DNA of 64,000 nt. Origin: Promethearchaeota archaeon (GTDB taxonomy: Archaea; Asgardarchaeota; Lokiarchaeia; Sigyniarchaeales; SOKP01). The translations under genes and the position numbers were made by a program. The stretch is taken from assembly GCA_048938005.1 (NCBI GenBank), contig JBHLMQ010000004.1, positions 98,796-162,795 of the forward strand, in the 5' to 3' direction. Under the pieces are notes generated by a model that saw nothing but the letters and a program-made list of their open reading frames with translations, made no database searches and was not told where the DNA came from. Shown one piece after another: positions 60,092 through 64,000 of this stretch; the stretch's first letter is position 1; each line of letters starts with the position of its first letter.

Positions 60092-60229
60092 ATGTTGAAA
60101 AAATGCCATAAATGCGGAATGATACGTTCCACGAAAGACCTTGTGTTATTAGAGAATAGAAATTACATATGTTTCTCTTGCTGGAACAAATATAATAGAG
60201 AAAAAAAAGAAAAATCCAAAGAGAAGTGA
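60092..60229 (+). CDS. Small zinc-finger protein (45 aa)
   Basis: MLKKCHKCGMIRSTKDLVLLENRNYICFSCWNKYNREKKEKSKEK (CxxC-x18-CxxC). Confidence 0.7.
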   Translation: MLKKCHKCGMIRSTKDLVLLENRNYICFSCWNKYNREKKEKSKEK

Positions 60230-60254
60230 AGTTTTAATAATAACTTATGAAATT

Positions 60255-60476
60255 TTAATCATAAGAAATAAGAAATGTATATTTTTCGAGATCAAACTTT
60301 TTTATTTTAATGTCGTCTCTTTGTCCTTTTTTTGGAAGGAGGGGTATTTTTATTACAATTTTATAGTTTTCTAAATAAAAATTATTATAAAAAACGTTTT
60401 TGAATTTATCCCAATCAATGAATTTTTGTATTGAAATCTGTTTATCTTTAACGGTTGGGATTAGAGACATAGACAT
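60255..60476 (-). CDS. Small hypothetical protein
   Basis: 73-aa ORF; no motif recognised. Confidence 0.45.
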   Translation of the reverse strand: MSMSLIPTVKDKQISIQKFIDWDKFKNVFYNNFYLENYKIVIKIPLLPKKGQRDDIKIKKFDLEKYTFLISYD

Positions 60477-60869
60477 TTTTTTAATTTTAACAGAGATTTA
60501 TTTATATATAAATTGCTTTAAAAAATTTTATTTTAACCCTTTTCAAATGCTGAAATTATCCAGAAATAACGAAAAAATTATTATTTATGAATGATCGCTA
60601 TAATTTTGTACCGATCATATTATAATAAATTGTATATTTAAATGTTTCTTTAATAGTATTTAAAGCAATATTCATCTCTTACCTTTAATTTTGAACTTAT
60701 TATTAAAGAAAATCTTTATTCCATGCGATTTTTTTATAAAAATACCGTTTAACTTATATTATTTAAATATCGCTAGAAAAGACAAGATTGTATAAATTTG
60801 GTAACCTTATTCGATAAATTTTTTTAAACCTAATTTTATTTAAATTTAAAAGAAATCTATTAATTAAAT

Positions 60870-62834
60870 ATGGGAACTGGATTTTTTAGAAAAATATTAT
60901 GGATTAATCTTTCAGAGAAGAATTTTAAGGAGCAATCGCTAAATGAAGAGATTTATCGTCAATATCTTGGAGGATACGGATTAGCAGTTAAATTAATTTA
61001 CGAAAATATGTCCGCGAAAGTTGAGCCATTAAGTGCTGAATCTATTTTTGGCTTTTTTCCAGGATTATTAACTGGAACCGCGGCTCCATATTCAGGGAGG
61101 TATATGGTAGCAGGTAAATCTCCTCTGACAGGGACATGGGGTGATGCTAATAGTGGTGGTATTTTTGGTCCCGAAATAAAGAAATGTGGGTATGATGCAA
61201 TTTTAATAAAAGGAATGGCACAAAATCCAGTATACATCTCAATAATTAATGGTAATAATGAAATTGTAGATGCTTCGGATTTATGGGGGATTGATTTTAT
61301 CAAAACTGAACAACTCCTAAAAGAAAGACATGGTAAACTCACTAAAGTAGCGGGAATAGGAGAGGCAGGCGAAAATTTATCAAAAATATCTGGAATTGCC
61401 AATGATAAAGGTAGAATTGCTGCAAGATCAGGTTTAGGGGCTGTAATGGGGTTTAAAAATCTTAAAGCAATTGTTTTAAAAGGAAATCAACGAATAAATA
61501 TCTATGATAAAGTAAAATTCACGGATTTAGTTAAGAATTATAATAGAATAAGCTTAAAAAAAGAACCTGGAGGTTTGATTAAATCTATTTTGAATAAATC
61601 TCCGAATTTTGCCAAATTATTACGTAGGTTTAGGATAAAATTTTCAGGGCCTGCTGGAATGATAAGATACATCTATCGAAAATATGGTTCTAGTACTGGA
61701 AACACTCTCTCTGCAGAGACAGGTGATTCACCAATTAAAAATTGGTCTGGAATCGGAATGTATGATTTTCCATTCTCAAAATCAAAAGATATTTCTGCAC
61801 TTATCATTCATGATTATAAAATTAGAGAATTTGGGTGTTTTGCATGTCCAATTCAGTGTGGAGCAATATTAAAAGTTCCAGAGTTGAATTTTGAGGAGAC
61901 ACTTTTACCTGAATATGAAACATGTTGTGCATTTGGATCTCTTTTACTAAATAATGATTTGCTATCAATATTTGAGATTAATGATTTATGTAATCGTGCA
62001 GCAATCGATACTATATCAACAGGAGTTACAGTGGCCATGGCTATTGAATGCTTTGAAAATGGAATTATAAGCTTAGAAGATACAGATGGTTTAGAATTGA
62101 CTTGGGGGAATGCGAAAGCTATAGTTGAATTAGTAAAAAGAATAATTAAACGAGAAGGAATTGGAGATATATTAGCTGATGGGTGTGATATCGCCGCAGA
62201 AAAAATTGGAAAAGGTAGTAAGAAATTTGCTATGACTTCCTTTGGTTCTGAAATTGCAATGCATAATCCTAGAGTTTTTCCTTCATTAGCATTAACCTAT
62301 ACATATGATCCAACTCCAGGTAGACATACAGCTGCTAGCATAGACTTCATAAATATAGGCCCGATTGATAAATTTCAAAAAGGATTCGAATTACCGAAAG
62401 GATGGAACAAGGATGAGAATAAAAAGCAAAAAGGACAAAAGTTAACAACCTGCTTCCATCAAACCTTATGTAGTGCAGGATTATGTATTTATTCAACTTT
62501 ATTTGGATCATATCCCCTCAATGATCTTATCAATTCATTAACAGGTTGGAATATTAAAGTAGATGATATTATTGAAATAGGATGGAGAATTCAATCTTTA
62601 AGGCAAGCTTTTAACGTAAGGGAAGGTGTGGAAATTATTAATAATGAACTCCCAGGAAGAATTACTGGACATCCTCCTGATCAGAAAGGCCCTACTAAAG
62701 GTATCTCTGTGGAGTATAAAGATTTCTATAAAGGTTATTGCACTAAAATGGGTTGGAATCCAGAAAATGGATATCCATTAAAAAAAACTCTAAAAGATCT
62801 TGATTTGGAATTTGTTATAAAGGATTTATATTGA
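60870..62834 (+). CDS. aor: Tungsten aldehyde:ferredoxin oxidoreductase family
   Basis: YLGGYG, KSPLTG...ANSGG, ARSGLGAVMG, GCFACPIQC, PEYET, DTIS. Confidence 0.95.
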   Translation: MGTGFFRKILWINLSEKNFKEQSLNEEIYRQYLGGYGLAVKLIYENMSAKVEPLSAESIFGFFPGLLTGTAAPYSGRYMVAGKSPLTGTWGDANSGGIFGPEIKKCGYDAILIKGMAQNPVYISIINGNNEIVDASDLWGIDFIKTEQLLKERHGKLTKVAGIGEAGENLSKISGIANDKGRIAARSGLGAVMGFKNLKAIVLKGNQRINIYDKVKFTDLVKNYNRISLKKEPGGLIKSILNKSPNFAKLLRRFRIKFSGPAGMIRYIYRKYGSSTGNTLSAETGDSPIKNWSGIGMYDFPFSKSKDISALIIHDYKIREFGCFACPIQCGAILKVPELNFEETLLPEYETCCAFGSLLLNNDLLSIFEINDLCNRAAIDTISTGVTVAMAIECFENGIISLEDTDGLELTWGNAKAIVELVKRIIKREGIGDILADGCDIAAEKIGKGSKKFAMTSFGSEIAMHNPRVFPSLALTYTYDPTPGRHTAASIDFINIGPIDKFQKGFELPKGWNKDENKKQKGQKLTTCFHQTLCSAGLCIYSTLFGSYPLNDLINSLTGWNIKVDDIIEIGWRIQSLRQAFNVREGVEIINNELPGRITGHPPDQKGPTKGISVEYKDFYKGYCTKMGWNPENGYPLKKTLKDLDLEFVIKDLY

Positions 62835-62905
62835 AGCTATTTTTTTTTATAGTATAACTAAATAGATTTGTTATTACAAAACTCGATGGATTTGATACTT
62901 AAAAA

Positions 62906-63376
62906 ATGCATGAATTAACCCAAGTAGATTTGAAATCATTTATTAAAGATGAAATTATTAAAAAGGTTAAGAAAATAAAAGGGAAACATCCACCAATTTC
63001 TGAACTTGTTAATAATGTTTCTAAATCTTTATCAATAGAAAAAATTTATGATTTAAGGGAAAAAAAAAAATATTTTTTCCTATTTATTGTAAAAAATTAT
63101 TCTAAGCAGCCAAAATTAAGATATTTTCTTGCAATTTTATTAGCGAATAATAGTTCTGACTTATTAGTTCAACTCGCGAGAGATTATGCAATTAAACATG
63201 ATTTAAAGTTAATTCAATATTCACTTTTTCCAAAAACCTTAAGAATTCAATTGCTATTATTGAAAGAAATTAAAGAAATTGAAGATTACACAAATTTTAT
63301 AGAAAAATTGAATCATTTTAGAAAAGAATTTCGCAGCAAATTATTAAAATTTAAGAAATTAATAGAAAATGAATAA
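62906..63376 (+). CDS. Hypothetical basic protein
   Basis: 156-aa ORF; no motif recognised. Confidence 0.55.
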   Translation: MHELTQVDLKSFIKDEIIKKVKKIKGKHPPISELVNNVSKSLSIEKIYDLREKKKYFFLFIVKNYSKQPKLRYFLAILLANNSSDLLVQLARDYAIKHDLKLIQYSLFPKTLRIQLLLLKEIKEIEDYTNFIEKLNHFRKEFRSKLLKFKKLIENE

Positions 63377-63470
63377 TTTTTAAGGATAAATACAATAATA
63401 ATATTAATTACAATAATAGTTTAGATTTTAGAATCCGAACTACTTAAAAATTATAAAAAGGTATACAACA

Positions 63471-64000
63471 ATGTCATTTAGAGAAAATAAAGTGAAGATT
63501 GTAAGTACCCTTGGTCCAGCTTCAAGTTCAAAAGTCATGCTTAAAAATTTAATAAATACAGGAGTTGATATTTTTAGATTGAATTTTTCTCACGGGACTC
63601 ATGATGAAAAAAGAGAATTAATTAAAAGAATAAGAGAAGTAAATGAATATACAGGAATTTTAGCAGATATTCAAGGTCCAAAAATCAGAGTAGGGAAATT
63701 TAAGGGAGATCAAGCCTATAGTTTAGCTATCGGTCAAGAAGTAAAAGTCTTTGAAAAAGAAATAGAAGGTGATCAGGATCAATTCTCAATTCCATTAGAG
63801 GGTTTTCTTAAATCGATGGGAGTTGAAGATATTTTTTTCGTAAATGATGGAATTATTAAAATTAAAGTTATAAAAAAAGAAGAAGACCATATTATTGGAG
63901 AAGTCTTAGCTGGAGGAATGATTAGCAATAGAAAAGGAGTTAATATCCCAACTGGAGAATTATCTCAAAAAGTTCCCACTGAAAAAGATGTAAAGGATCT
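63471..64000 (+). CDS. pyk: Pyruvate kinase (truncated at window edge)
   Basis: Manual translation KIVSTLGPAS...FRLNFSHG...ILADIQGPKIRVG...NDG...KGVNIP. Confidence 0.95.
   Translation, partial: MSFRENKVKIVSTLGPASSSKVMLKNLINTGVDIFRLNFSHGTHDEKRELIKRIREVNEYTGILADIQGPKIRVGKFKGDQAYSLAIGQEVKVFEKEIEGDQDQFSIPLEGFLKSMGVEDIFFVNDGIIKIKVIKKEEDHIIGEVLAGGMISNRKGVNIPTGELSQKVPTEKDVKD

Noticed and set aside
60870-62834. Sec read-through at the TGA stop of aor (and at the 60229 zinc-finger stop)
   Set aside because: The proteins appear complete at the TGA, an in-frame stop follows within a few codons, and I saw no AUGA/GA hairpin downstream.

Overview
Very AT-rich archaeal window. Its content (Roadblock/longin-like protein, divergent small GTPase, several SCP2 proteins, tungsten AOR, ADP-forming acyl-CoA synthetase, archaeal tRNAs) suggests an Asgard archaeon, probably Lokiarchaeia; this is an inference. 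Most of it is metabolic or housekeeping: Thermotoga-like inositol/hexuronate catabolism, beta-oxidation, nucleotide sanitation, ThyA, MutY, TatD and pyruvate kinase. Three loci stand out. (1) In an ArsR-Acr3 arsenic locus, a beta-grasp-like ORF 'ends' at tandem in-frame TGA-TGA (36056-36061). The frame stays open for 38 more codons to TAA and is followed 8 nt later by a eukaryote-type SECIS hairpin (ATGA / 9-bp stem / A-rich loop / GA). This is a candidate undescribed selenoprotein with adjacent Sec-Sec residues. (2) An operon encodes a degenerate AAA+ protein, an Smc5/6-like SMC, a kleisin and an Nse1-like KITE. (3) A tRNA-Asp carries a 30-nt intron at non-canonical position 43/44 within a relaxed BHB motif. 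There are also several small ORFs missed by the ORF track and clear operator-like palindromes for TetR, ArsR, AbrB and PadR. All family assignments come from motif recognition by eye; no searches were run.
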